Under the pieces are notes generated by a model that saw nothing but the letters and a program-made list of their open reading frames with translations, made no database searches and was not told the origin of the DNA. A stretch of DNA of 64,000 nucleotides from an uncultured Nitrospiraceae bacterium. Its GTDB lineage: Bacteria > Nitrospirota > Nitrospiria > Nitrospirales > Nitrospiraceae. Shown in pieces: positions 10,523 through 19,229 of the stretch. The translations under genes were made by a program, and so were the position numbers. The first letter of the stretch is position 1, and each line of letters opens with the position of its first letter. The stretch lies in assembly GCA_963846575.1 (NCBI GenBank), contig CAWJWJ010000001.1, positions 64,001-128,000 of the forward strand. The letters are read 5' to 3'.

Positions 10523-10593
10523 AGCCCATCCGGCCTCTCCAGTCACAGCTCCGTGCGCCTTGGCGGCGGAGCCGGTCCTTATCTTGGAGGCTT

Positions 10594-11901
10594 GTGATGG
10601 ACTCTCAATGTTGCATCCGGTGCGTAGGCTCCTGCTCTCGTCGATTCATTCTGCTTTTGGTCCTGGTGATCGGCAGTCTTCATGCCATGATGGCACCTCC
10701 CGCCGCGTCAACTGACGACAGCCGGGAAAACGACCCACAGTCCATCCTGGAGCTGGTCGTCAACGGCCTCCAGACCACCAGGCCGGAGACCATCCAGCGG
10801 TTACTCCCCCGCCCGGTGCCCAATACCTATAGCCGTTCGGAGCTCCACGAGTTCGAGCGGCGCATTAGAAACCTCAGCCTCTTCGACTACGTCACCGTGA
10901 CTGTCCTTCATCAGACGGTGACGGTCGAGGTCCGCGAAAAACACACGCTGGTCCCGATTCTCAGCTTTACGAGCGGCAGTAGTCTGGGGGACGTCAGCGC
11001 GACCGGCGGGCTTGCGGAGTACAACCTCGGCGGCACGGGAACACAACTCGGCGGTCAATTCAATTACAGTCAGCGCGGCCCCAACGTCGATCTCTGGATC
11101 TCCCAACATTCCTACCAACCGGACCGGTGGGCGAAGGAGGTGAAGGGCTCCTACAACGTCAACGGCATCCGTTTCGCCGATTCAACGACGGCCTGGACGC
11201 GGAACCGCATCGGAGGCGAATTCGAATTGAAGGGTCCCTTCGCCTATGGATCGGCCCTGCGTTATGAAATCGTAGCCAAGTTCTACCGTGAGGTGGCGCA
11301 GGATCAGACCGGCGTTCGGCCGCCGGACGGCTATTATGTGGGACTCATTCCCGAGGTGACCTGGGACAAATACCATTGGCACGACCTCGTGCCCTGGGGA
11401 TACCGTATCGCACTCGAGCTCCGTCCGGGATATTTCCTCGGTGCGAACCAGGAGCGTCATGAAGTGCGGCTGCGCTACTTGCAAGGGATTCCGCTGGCCC
11501 CCAACACGGTCTTCATGATCAATGCCGTCGCCGAAGCGGTGAACCAGAGCCGCAACCCCAATCACAGCCTGCTGATCGGCAGCATCGCCGGAGTCAGAGG
11601 ATTAACGGACAATCTGTACAGGAATCGCGCCCAAACCTACACGAACCTGGAACTTCGCCATGCGATCAAACTCGCGCCGCGCTGGGCACTCCAGGGGGTG
11701 CTGTTTTCGGACGTGGGCGGTTTTCAATCCTTTGCTGCAGACGGGGCGTTGCGCGATTGGCAGGTCGCCGTCAACGTAGGGGCGGGAGTGCGAGTCGTGC
11801 CCACGTTTCTCGCCAATACCTTGCTGCGGGTGGATGTGGCCCATCTAATCGAGCCGCGGTCCGACATCCTGTTCCAATTCGGCATCACCCAGTATTTTTA
11901 A
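10594..11901 (+). CDS. Omp85/BamA-TamA superfamily outer-membrane protein with a single POTRA domain
   Basis: Signal-like N-terminus, POTRA (VNGLQTTRPETI...LSLFDYV...VEVREK), VRG motif, C-terminal GITQYF beta-signal; SD GGAGG. Confidence 0.8.
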   Translation: MMDSQCCIRCVGSCSRRFILLLVLVIGSLHAMMAPPAASTDDSRENDPQSILELVVNGLQTTRPETIQRLLPRPVPNTYSRSELHEFERRIRNLSLFDYVTVTVLHQTVTVEVREKHTLVPILSFTSGSSLGDVSATGGLAEYNLGGTGTQLGGQFNYSQRGPNVDLWISQHSYQPDRWAKEVKGSYNVNGIRFADSTTAWTRNRIGGEFELKGPFAYGSALRYEIVAKFYREVAQDQTGVRPPDGYYVGLIPEVTWDKYHWHDLVPWGYRIALELRPGYFLGANQERHEVRLRYLQGIPLAPNTVFMINAVAEAVNQSRNPNHSLLIGSIAGVRGLTDNLYRNRAQTYTNLELRHAIKLAPRWALQGVLFSDVGGFQSFAADGALRDWQVAVNVGAGVRVVPTFLANTLLRVDVAHLIEPRSDILFQFGITQYF

Positions 11902-12575
11902 CCGGGAGGGATCCGGTCTCCGGTCGCGCTGTCCCGGCAGGGGTTGTCCGCCGGATCCCGCAGATCGTAGTCCACGACGGCGCGGCGGCCATCGAGTTCA
12001 ATGAGGCAGCAGTCATTCAGCATCTGCTTGAGTTGCCGGCGGCCCCGCTGCACGCGCGACTTCATGCCGGACAGGGACAGGCCGAGACGTTGCGCGGCGA
12101 CCTGGTGCGTGAGGCCCTCCAGGTCGACCAGCATGATCGCGTCGCGAGACTCTTTGGACAATCGATTCAGCATGGGACTGAGACAACCGGCCAACTCCCC
12201 GCGGAGGCGCCCGGAATCCGCCTGGCCGTCAACGATCAGGGCGGCGGCCGTCCGGACGGTCATCTCCATGTCGGCAGCCAGGCCAGCCGGCAGCTCCCGT
12301 CGACCGGCTGACGCCCGGTAGTGATCGATGATCACACGGCGCGTGATCTGGTAGACCCATGACAGCAGACGGTGCGGGTCCTTCAGGCCCTCGATCCGCC
12401 GATGGATTCGCAGAAACACTTCCTGCGTAATATCCTCGACCTCAGCCTGGTTCGAGACGCGCCGCGCGATAAAGGCCCGCAGCCTGTCGTACATCTCCTG
12501 CCGGACTTCCGTTCCCGTCCCTGGCATGACCGTCATCTCGCCGTGGGTTTCCATGCTGCCCTGCCGCATCATCAT
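11898..12575 (-). CDS. sigZ: ECF RNA polymerase sigma factor, SigZ-like
   Basis: EDITQEVFLRI (region 2), LSLSGMKSRVQRGR (region 4), C-terminal CC-x-IELD motif typical of SigZ. Confidence 0.85.
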   Translation of the reverse strand: MMMRQGSMETHGEMTVMPGTGTEVRQEMYDRLRAFIARRVSNQAEVEDITQEVFLRIHRRIEGLKDPHRLLSWVYQITRRVIIDHYRASAGRRELPAGLAADMEMTVRTAAALIVDGQADSGRLRGELAGCLSPMLNRLSKESRDAIMLVDLEGLTHQVAAQRLGLSLSGMKSRVQRGRRQLKQMLNDCCLIELDGRRAVVDYDLRDPADNPCRDSATGDRIPPG

Positions 12576-13015
12576 ACCCCGCAGGTGACCGGCTCGCCGC
12601 TACCCTGTCCTTTCGGCACACAACACCCGCTGTTCCCGAGCGGCCCGGTCACTGCCAATTGCTCAAGGACGGTAAAAATCTCCCAGGCGTTGCCGTCCGG
12701 ATCGGCGAACCACAGCTTGTCCTGCCGCGCATAACAACAGACGCTCTGCTCCTCGACCTTCTGCAAAATTCCCAAGTCCTGAAGTCGTTGCTTCCACAGG
12801 GCGATCTCGTCGGTTGATTCGACCTCGATTCCGAGATGGTTCACGCTGCTGATCGTCCCGGTCGAGGACACCAACGACAGGTTCAGCGCCGGATCGGCCA
12901 CATCGAATTTGGCATAATCCGCCGTCTGCTTCTGAGGCCGTACAGCGAACACCCGTTCATAGAACGAGACTGACTCAGACACAGATCGCACATCAAGGGA
13001 AAGATGGGGTCTCAT
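12572..13015 (-). CDS. ArsI/CadI family VOC (glyoxalase-like) metalloenzyme
   Basis: RPHLSLDV...NHLGIEV...VCCYARQDKLWFADPDGNAWEIF with vicinal Cys; Cys-rich tail GCCVP...TCGV. Confidence 0.88.
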   Translation of the reverse strand: MRPHLSLDVRSVSESVSFYERVFAVRPQKQTADYAKFDVADPALNLSLVSSTGTISSVNHLGIEVESTDEIALWKQRLQDLGILQKVEEQSVCCYARQDKLWFADPDGNAWEIFTVLEQLAVTGPLGNSGCCVPKGQGSGEPVTCGV

Positions 13016-13066
13016 GGGGAATCTCCTTTCTAAAGGAGAGCCGGAACATTCCGCCTCTCACTTCTA

Positions 13067-13093
13067 TAGACGGAGCTCGTCCCAAAAGGACGC
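13067..13093 (-). promoter_or_regulatory. Candidate ECF-sigma promoter for the arsI/cadI-sigZ operon
   Basis: Minus strand GCGTCCTTTTGGGACGAGCTCCGTCTA; CGTC in the -10 is typical of ECF promoters. Confidence 0.4.
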
Positions 13094-13157
13094 AGAAGGG
13101 CTGACCGGCATGTTTCTTCGGAGCCTCTGCCCTGACAGATTCGACGCGGAACACCGG

Positions 13158-13997
13158 CTACATGCCGATGACTTCAAGCCGCTTCAGATCCTCAGGAGCA
13201 ATCGTGAACCGGTCGGACTGCAGATCTTCCTGCATGTGCTGCCGGTTGGTCGTGCCGGTCAGCGGCAGCATGCCGATCTGCATCGCGAACCGGAAGACCA
13301 GTTGCGCCAAGCCCATGCCATACTTGGCGGCCATGGCCCGGACCTCCGAATCGACCAAGAGTTCCCGATTGGCGGTCAGGAGCGAAAAGCCCTGGTAGAT
13401 GATCCGATGCGCACGGCAAATGTCCCGGACCTCCCGATCCCAGCCGAGGGCGGCATAACAACGATTCTGAACGACCATGGGCTTGTGGGTGGCGCGCTCA
13501 CAGAGCAGCGTGAGCTGCTCGGCGGTGACGTTACTGATGCCGATAATTTTTGTTTTCCCCGATTCATAGAGACGTTCGATTGCAGCCCAGACTTCCCAAT
13601 CCTCGGCACCCAGGCCGCGGCGGTAATAGGGGCCGTGCAAGACGTAGGAGTCGACATAATCGGTGTGCAGATGAGCCAGGGAACTGTCGAAGGACTGTTG
13701 CACCTGGGTGGTGAGATCGGCCCCTGCGTCATACGGCGTGCGGTGATCCTGGCCGTTGGCCGACGTATATTTCGTTTGTAGAAACAGCTGATCGCGTGGC
13801 GTGCCCTGCTTTGCCAGTTCGAGCAGCGCCTCTCCCACCAGCGCCTCCTGATAGTGAATCAACTGATTCGCCGTGTCGATGGCTCGAAATCCTACGGCCA
13901 CGGCTTGTTGTACCAGGGGCGCCGTCGCCTCCTTTTTCCAGGCTGTCCCATACATGAACGACGGGACCGACACATTGTTGTACGCGGTCAAGGTCAT
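13158..13997 (-). CDS. Aldo/keto reductase
   Basis: YGTAWK, IDTAN, FLQTK, YVLHGP, IGISN; start set at the ATG after SD GGAGGG. Confidence 0.9.
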   Translation of the reverse strand: MTLTAYNNVSVPSFMYGTAWKKEATAPLVQQAVAVGFRAIDTANQLIHYQEALVGEALLELAKQGTPRDQLFLQTKYTSANGQDHRTPYDAGADLTTQVQQSFDSSLAHLHTDYVDSYVLHGPYYRRGLGAEDWEVWAAIERLYESGKTKIIGISNVTAEQLTLLCERATHKPMVVQNRCYAALGWDREVRDICRAHRIIYQGFSLLTANRELLVDSEVRAMAAKYGMGLAQLVFRFAMQIGMLPLTGTTNRQHMQEDLQSDRFTIAPEDLKRLEVIGM

Positions 13998-14447
13998 GAT
14001 CGTCCCTCCATGGGCCATGCTTACCTGTTTTGAGCAGTCCTGTCCAGAGTACCGAGACGGCCCTGAGAGCCTGACTCCCCCCGCGCGTCCTCCTGCGGGC
14101 AGGCTCCATGAGTTCGACTGCGGGGGTTACTCCTAGTAGGCTTCCCACCGGATTGGCCTTACGGTGCTGTCTGTAGGTGATTGCCGCGAAGGACGAGCCG
14201 CGCATCCCTCTCCCTCACCAACCTCCCGGGAACAGCCGGTCGCGAACGGCGGACCAGCGAATTGCATATTCATCACCCGCGCTGCCCGCTGAGAGGGCCA
14301 TGGCTTTCGCGGTCCCGCGTCACGAGAGTTCTGGGCGGCCCACGGGGCGCCGGTCCTTGCCTGATACGCCGGCATATCTCCGCATGGTATGGTGACTGAG
14401 AACAGAAGTGCACGCCGGACCAGCGGTTTCATCGAAGGAGCCTCCCA

Positions 14448-15509
14448 ATGAACCCTCTCGGTCGTCTCGCACTCGGCATGACTGAACGGGGACTGGTCTC
14501 CGATCCGTTACTTCGGCTCGCCATTCGCTACCTGGTTAAAGTTCGCCTCCAAGAGCTGCCCCAGCACAACCTCCGTGCGGCAGCCGAACATGAGACACGA
14601 TTTATCGAGCAGCTGCGCGATGCTCCCGTCGCACTCGTCCCCCAGAAAGCAAACGCACAACATTACGAGGTGCCGGCCGAGTTTTTTACGCAGGTGCTCG
14701 GTCCCCGCCTGAAATACAGCAGCGCCTATTGGCCCGACGGAATCACGACCCTGGCTGAGGCAGAACGGGCGGCCCTGGAAGAGACCTGCCTCCATGCCGG
14801 GCTCACCAACGGGCAGAATATTCTCGAACTCGGCTGTGGTTGGGGATCTCTCACCCTCTGGATGGCGCTGCACTATCCGAATAGCCGGATTACTGCCGTG
14901 TCCAACTCCCATTCGCAACGGCGGTACATCGAGGCCACGGCCTATCGGCAGGGATTGCAGAACCTGCGCGTCATAACCTGCGACATGAACACGTTCGACA
15001 CCGAACCGGAGCAGTACGATCGAATCGTCTCAGTAGAGATGTTCGAACACATGCGCAACTGGCCGATCCTGTTCGAGCGGGTGCACCGCTGGCTGCGGCC
15101 CGGGGGATGGTTCTTTTTGCATATCTTCGTGCATCGGGCGCTGTCCTATCTATTCGAGGACCGGGGAGCGAGCGATTGGATGAGCCGGCACTTCTTTTCC
15201 GGCGGCATGATGCCCGCTGATGCCCTGCCGCTCGCCTTTCAGGGGCAGCTCACATGCGTCGATCGTTGGCATTGGGATGGGACCCACTACGAAAAAACAG
15301 CGAACGCCTGGCTCGCTCACATGGATAACGCGCGTGCGAGCATCTGGCCCCTCTTCGAACAAATCTATGCTCCGGATGAAGCGCGGATCTGGTGGGTACG
15401 CTGGCGACTGTTCTTCATGGCCTGCGCCGAACTGTTCGGATTCGAAGAGGGGCGGCAATGGGGCGTCAGCCACTACCGCTTCGTCAAACCCGGCGCGAGG
15501 GCGTCATGA
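14448..15509 (+). CDS. CFA-synthase-like (coclaurine N-methyltransferase-like) SAM-dependent methyltransferase
   Basis: ANAQHYEVP, LKYSS, LELGCGWGSL, VSVEMFEHM. Confidence 0.9.
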   Translation: MNPLGRLALGMTERGLVSDPLLRLAIRYLVKVRLQELPQHNLRAAAEHETRFIEQLRDAPVALVPQKANAQHYEVPAEFFTQVLGPRLKYSSAYWPDGITTLAEAERAALEETCLHAGLTNGQNILELGCGWGSLTLWMALHYPNSRITAVSNSHSQRRYIEATAYRQGLQNLRVITCDMNTFDTEPEQYDRIVSVEMFEHMRNWPILFERVHRWLRPGGWFFLHIFVHRALSYLFEDRGASDWMSRHFFSGGMMPADALPLAFQGQLTCVDRWHWDGTHYEKTANAWLAHMDNARASIWPLFEQIYAPDEARIWWVRWRLFFMACAELFGFEEGRQWGVSHYRFVKPGARAS

Positions 15510-16054
15510 GCGAGCGGACCAAACTGGTGCTCAGCAATTTTGTGATCTATCAGATCGCCTGGTTCGCCGGGGTGTGGACTGCCGCGACGGGGCGGCCCTG
15601 GATCGGCGCCGTCGCAATGGGGCTGGCCATCGTCATTCATCTGTTTCGCGCTCCCAGGCGGGAACCGGAACTGGTTCTCGTGAGCATGGCCCTCGGCATC
15701 GGACTCCTGTTCGACAGTCTGCTCGTCTGGCGAGGCTGGGTCCACTATCCTTCCGGGATCCTGATTTCCGACCTCGCGCCCTACTGGATGGTACTCATGT
15801 GGGGTCTCTTCGCCACCCTGCTGAATGTGACGCTGCGCTGGATGCACGGACGTTTTGCGATTGCGGCGCTCCTTGGCGCCATCGGAGGCCCTGCCGCCTA
15901 TTACGGGGGCATGCGGATGGGGGCGCTGCATTTCGGCAATGAAGCCGCCGCGCTGATCGCCCTCGTCATCGGATGGGCCATCATCACTCCGCTCCTCATG
16001 GCCCTGGCCGGCCGGTTCAACGGTTATGCCTACGCCCCGGAGACGACATCATGA
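15506..16054 (+). CDS. DUF2878 family membrane protein
   Basis: NFVIYQIAWF...APYWMVLMWGLFAT...GAIGGPAAYYGG; ATGA overlap with the upstream gene. Confidence 0.85.
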   Translation: MSERTKLVLSNFVIYQIAWFAGVWTAATGRPWIGAVAMGLAIVIHLFRAPRREPELVLVSMALGIGLLFDSLLVWRGWVHYPSGILISDLAPYWMVLMWGLFATLLNVTLRWMHGRFAIAALLGAIGGPAAYYGGMRMGALHFGNEAAALIALVIGWAIITPLLMALAGRFNGYAYAPETTS

Positions 16055-16842
16055 ACGTATGGCTGTATGCCATGGGACTGGTCGCTACACTGAGCGTGGC
16101 CACGCTCACGTGGGCCGTGAGTTTGGCCAAGCGCGACGTGAGCATCGTGGACGCGGCCTGGTCCCTGCTCTTCCTGAGCGCCGCGCTGGTTTACTCGGGG
16201 GGGACCGAGCCCTATTCGCTCCGCTCGGCGCTGGTGCTCACGCTGGTGTTGCTCTGGGCGTTGCGCCTGTCGGGCTATATCCTCGCGCGCAACTGGGGCG
16301 AGCCGGAAGACCGGCGTTATCAAGACATCCGCAAGAAATACGAGCCGAATTTCGGTCTCAAGAGCCTGGCCATCATTTTCTGGTTTCAGGCCTTCCTCGC
16401 CTGGATCATTTCCCTGCCTCTTTGGGCGGCCCTGACCCTGCCGGCGGACAGCAGTTTGTTCGATGCCGCAGCGGTCCTGCTCTGGGCGGCCGGCATGACG
16501 TTCGAAGTCGTCGGCGACTGGCAACTCTCCCGCTTCAAGGCGGATCCGGCGAACAAGGGCAAGGCCCTGGACCGCGGCTTGTGGCGATACACGCGCCATC
16601 CTAACTATTTCGGCGAATCTCTCGTCTGGTGGGGCTTCTATCTGTTTGCCCTGCCGAGCGGAGCCTGGTGGACGATCGCAGGACCGTTGCTGTTGACCTA
16701 CATGTTGCTGAGGTTTTCCGGCGTGGCGCTCATGGAGGAGACGATCGTCGAGCGGCGTCCCGAATATCGGGACTACATCGCACGGACCAATGCCTTCTTT
16801 CCCGGTCCTCCGAAACCATTGTCTGCCCATGGTCCGGAATAA
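16051..16842 (+). CDS. DUF1295 (steroid 5-alpha-reductase-like) membrane protein
   Basis: SIVDAAW, EDRRY, GLWRYTRHPNYFGE; ATGA overlap. Confidence 0.9.
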   Translation: MNVWLYAMGLVATLSVATLTWAVSLAKRDVSIVDAAWSLLFLSAALVYSGGTEPYSLRSALVLTLVLLWALRLSGYILARNWGEPEDRRYQDIRKKYEPNFGLKSLAIIFWFQAFLAWIISLPLWAALTLPADSSLFDAAAVLLWAAGMTFEVVGDWQLSRFKADPANKGKALDRGLWRYTRHPNYFGESLVWWGFYLFALPSGAWWTIAGPLLLTYMLLRFSGVALMEETIVERRPEYRDYIARTNAFFPGPPKPLSAHGPE

Positions 16843-16859
16843 AGAATAGAGAGGGTACG

Positions 16860-17525
16860 ATGCAGCCCCGTGTTACGAACTCCACGAGTAAATGGCTGAT
16901 GGCGGGGGTCTGCTTCACCTGTCTCTTGAGTCTGAGCGGATTCGCCCACAGCGCCACAACCAAGACCTATGACTACAAGGTCATGCTCGATGACGATGAA
17001 ATCGGGTACCAGCGTTTCACCGTGACGTCCGAGGGCGAACGAACGCAGATTCAAGTGAACGCGGAGTTCAAGGTCAAATTCCTCCTGATCACGGTCTACA
17101 CCTACCGGCACAGCAACGCGGAGACATGGGACGGAGCATGTCTGCGGGAGATCCGGGCGGAGACGAATGATAACGGGGAGGAGTTCTTTGTCAAGGGAAC
17201 CTCCCAAGACAGCCGATTCCAGTGGCAGACCCAAGCAGGGGCCCGGACCGCGGAGGGATGCCTCAAGACCTTCGCCTACTGGAACCCCGAATGGCTGACC
17301 GGCAACCGGTTGTTGAATTCGCAGACGGGCGAACTCCAGTCGGCGGACATTACCGATCTCGGAAAAGAAACTATTCCCGTGCGCGGCACGCCCACAGCGA
17401 CCACCCGTCGACGAATCGTGACGGACCAGTTCACCATCGACCTCTGGTACGGGCTGGACGGCGAGTGGGTCGGCCTGCAATCCACCACAAAAAACGGTAG
17501 GACCCTTCACTACCGGCTCCAGTGA
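16860..17525 (+). CDS. DUF6134-like exported protein
   Basis: Signal peptide; YTYRHSNAETWDG, AYWN, LLNSQTGE motifs. Confidence 0.65.
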   Translation: MQPRVTNSTSKWLMAGVCFTCLLSLSGFAHSATTKTYDYKVMLDDDEIGYQRFTVTSEGERTQIQVNAEFKVKFLLITVYTYRHSNAETWDGACLREIRAETNDNGEEFFVKGTSQDSRFQWQTQAGARTAEGCLKTFAYWNPEWLTGNRLLNSQTGELQSADITDLGKETIPVRGTPTATTRRRIVTDQFTIDLWYGLDGEWVGLQSTTKNGRTLHYRLQ

Positions 17526-17532
17526 GGAACAT

Positions 17533-18060
17533 ATGAGATATCGGTTCCTGTCCATCGTCGTGCTGGGCCTGTTGATCGGGCTGACAGCTTGCACCAAACA
17601 TCCTCCCATCCGCACCGAAAAGGCCGTGGACCTGCAGCGGTTCATGGGAGACTGGTATGTCATCGCCAACATTCCCTCTATGATCGAGACGGAAGCCTAC
17701 AATGCCGTGGAGTCCTATCGCCTGGAGGAGGACGGATCCATCGCGACGACGTTTACCTTCAGGGACGGCGGTTTCGAGGGGAAGAAGAAGGAGTACCATC
17801 CCACCGGTTATGTCGTCGATCGGACGAGCAACGCCATTTGGGGCATGGAGTTTGTGTGGCCGATTAAGGCCGATTACCGCATCATGTATGTCGATGAGGC
17901 CTACCAGCAAACCATCGTCGGCCGGCTCAAACGCGATTACGTCTGGCTGATGGCACGCACACCGGAGATCCCGGACGCCGACTATCAACGGTTTCTCACC
18001 CTCATTCGTGAAGAAGGCTACGATGTCTCGGAAGTCCGGAAAGTGCCGCAGCGGTGGTAG
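17533..18060 (+). CDS. blc: Lipocalin (Blc-like) lipoprotein
   Basis: Lipobox LTAC; VDLQRFMGDWYVIA; YVWLMARTP. Confidence 0.88.
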   Translation: MRYRFLSIVVLGLLIGLTACTKHPPIRTEKAVDLQRFMGDWYVIANIPSMIETEAYNAVESYRLEEDGSIATTFTFRDGGFEGKKKEYHPTGYVVDRTSNAIWGMEFVWPIKADYRIMYVDEAYQQTIVGRLKRDYVWLMARTPEIPDADYQRFLTLIREEGYDVSEVRKVPQRW

Positions 18061-18134
18061 GCGAGAGCCGGGTATGATTTCAAATGGAACGGAGAATTGT
18101 TACAGTAGGGCCTCACTGAGAGGGCCCTATCGAG

Positions 18135-18449
18135 ATGAATGATGAATCAACGAATCAAGCCATCGAGCTTCGCCTCACCTATCGCTACGCAAAGGAACAC
18201 CCCTGGACGGTGCAGGCCATCACCGGATTTCTCTCCGCCTACTTCATGGAGAAACCCGGCTTCAGCGTGCAGCGGCATTTCGACGAACTCGAATCCGGCA
18301 TGCACGTCTGGCTGTGCGAGATCCCGGCCAACATGAAAATGTCCGTGCTCTTGCGGCGCCTGCAAGCCGACATTCCCCCCTGTCGCCACATTCAATCGGG
18401 AAACGAGCAGGGAGGACGGCCTCAGTACATCATCGACAGCCCGGAGTAA
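18135..18449 (+). CDS. Hypothetical protein, 104 aa
   Basis: Natural-looking composition; fills the gap after blc; no recognised motif. Confidence 0.65.
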   Translation: MNDESTNQAIELRLTYRYAKEHPWTVQAITGFLSAYFMEKPGFSVQRHFDELESGMHVWLCEIPANMKMSVLLRRLQADIPPCRHIQSGNEQGGRPQYIIDSPE

Positions 18450-18635
18450 CGGCCTTTCTCGGGCATCGCTTGCGTCGGGCTCCGATGCGAGCGGAGCGTG
18501 CGGAACAGGTGCAGGCAGGCGAACGGCCATCCGAGTGAGCCTCGCGGGGGGAGGGGCACCATGGGTCCGCCCTCGCCAACGTACCGGCAGCCAGGCATCC
18601 AAGAGTCCCGCCGCCTGATTCTTCCGGCGGCCTGC

Positions 18636-19229
18636 TTATCCTCGCAAACTTGCCCTGAGACGGCCTAACTCCTTCTTGTAGGCCTCGGCATTGCCGAATT
18701 CGAGAAAGTCACGGTGGCGCGGATGCAGGCCGGCGCGGTGCTGGGCGTGCTTGATCGGACAAAAATATTGCTCCGTTCGCGCGGCAATCTCCCGGGTATA
18801 GGCCACGACTCCGTTGGCATAGCCGCAGTAGTCGCAATTGAGCCGTTCGATCCAGTTCAGATACTGCAGGTGGCCTCGATCCAACAGGATATACCGTGCA
18901 CGCTCCACTTTGCCGATCCCATAGACGGGGAAACAGATCGCCTGGTACAGGGTCATCCACAGATCCAGCAGGATCAATGGCAGGCTGATGGAATAAATCA
19001 TCGGCGCCACCAGCAGGGTCTTGACCGGCGCCTCCCACAAAAAGGCCCATGCACCCTGGCGGACGGTCTGGTGCAGCACGCGGGCTTCAGCGCTGAAAGC
19101 CACTCGGCCCCGCTCGATGACATAGCGCACTTCCCGCCGCTTCCCTTCAAGTTCTTCCGTCAGCGCCCGCTCGAGTTGGTGCTCCAATTCAGCGATGCGG
19201 GCCGCAATCCCGGAGATCTTCTTGTCCAT
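18636..19229 (-). CDS. Conserved hypothetical protein with a Cys-motif C-terminal domain
   Basis: Coiled N-terminus, TM segment, ERLNCDYCGYANG...EQYFCPIKHA; TGATG coupling to the upstream gene. Confidence 0.75.
   Translation of the reverse strand: MDKKISGIAARIAELEHQLERALTEELEGKRREVRYVIERGRVAFSAEARVLHQTVRQGAWAFLWEAPVKTLLVAPMIYSISLPLILLDLWMTLYQAICFPVYGIGKVERARYILLDRGHLQYLNWIERLNCDYCGYANGVVAYTREIAARTEQYFCPIKHAQHRAGLHPRHRDFLEFGNAEAYKKELGRLRASLRG

Noticed and set aside
14250..14268. Sigma54 promoter upstream of the methyltransferase operon
   Set aside because: GG-to-GC spacing is 11 nt rather than 10, and the -24 box is poor
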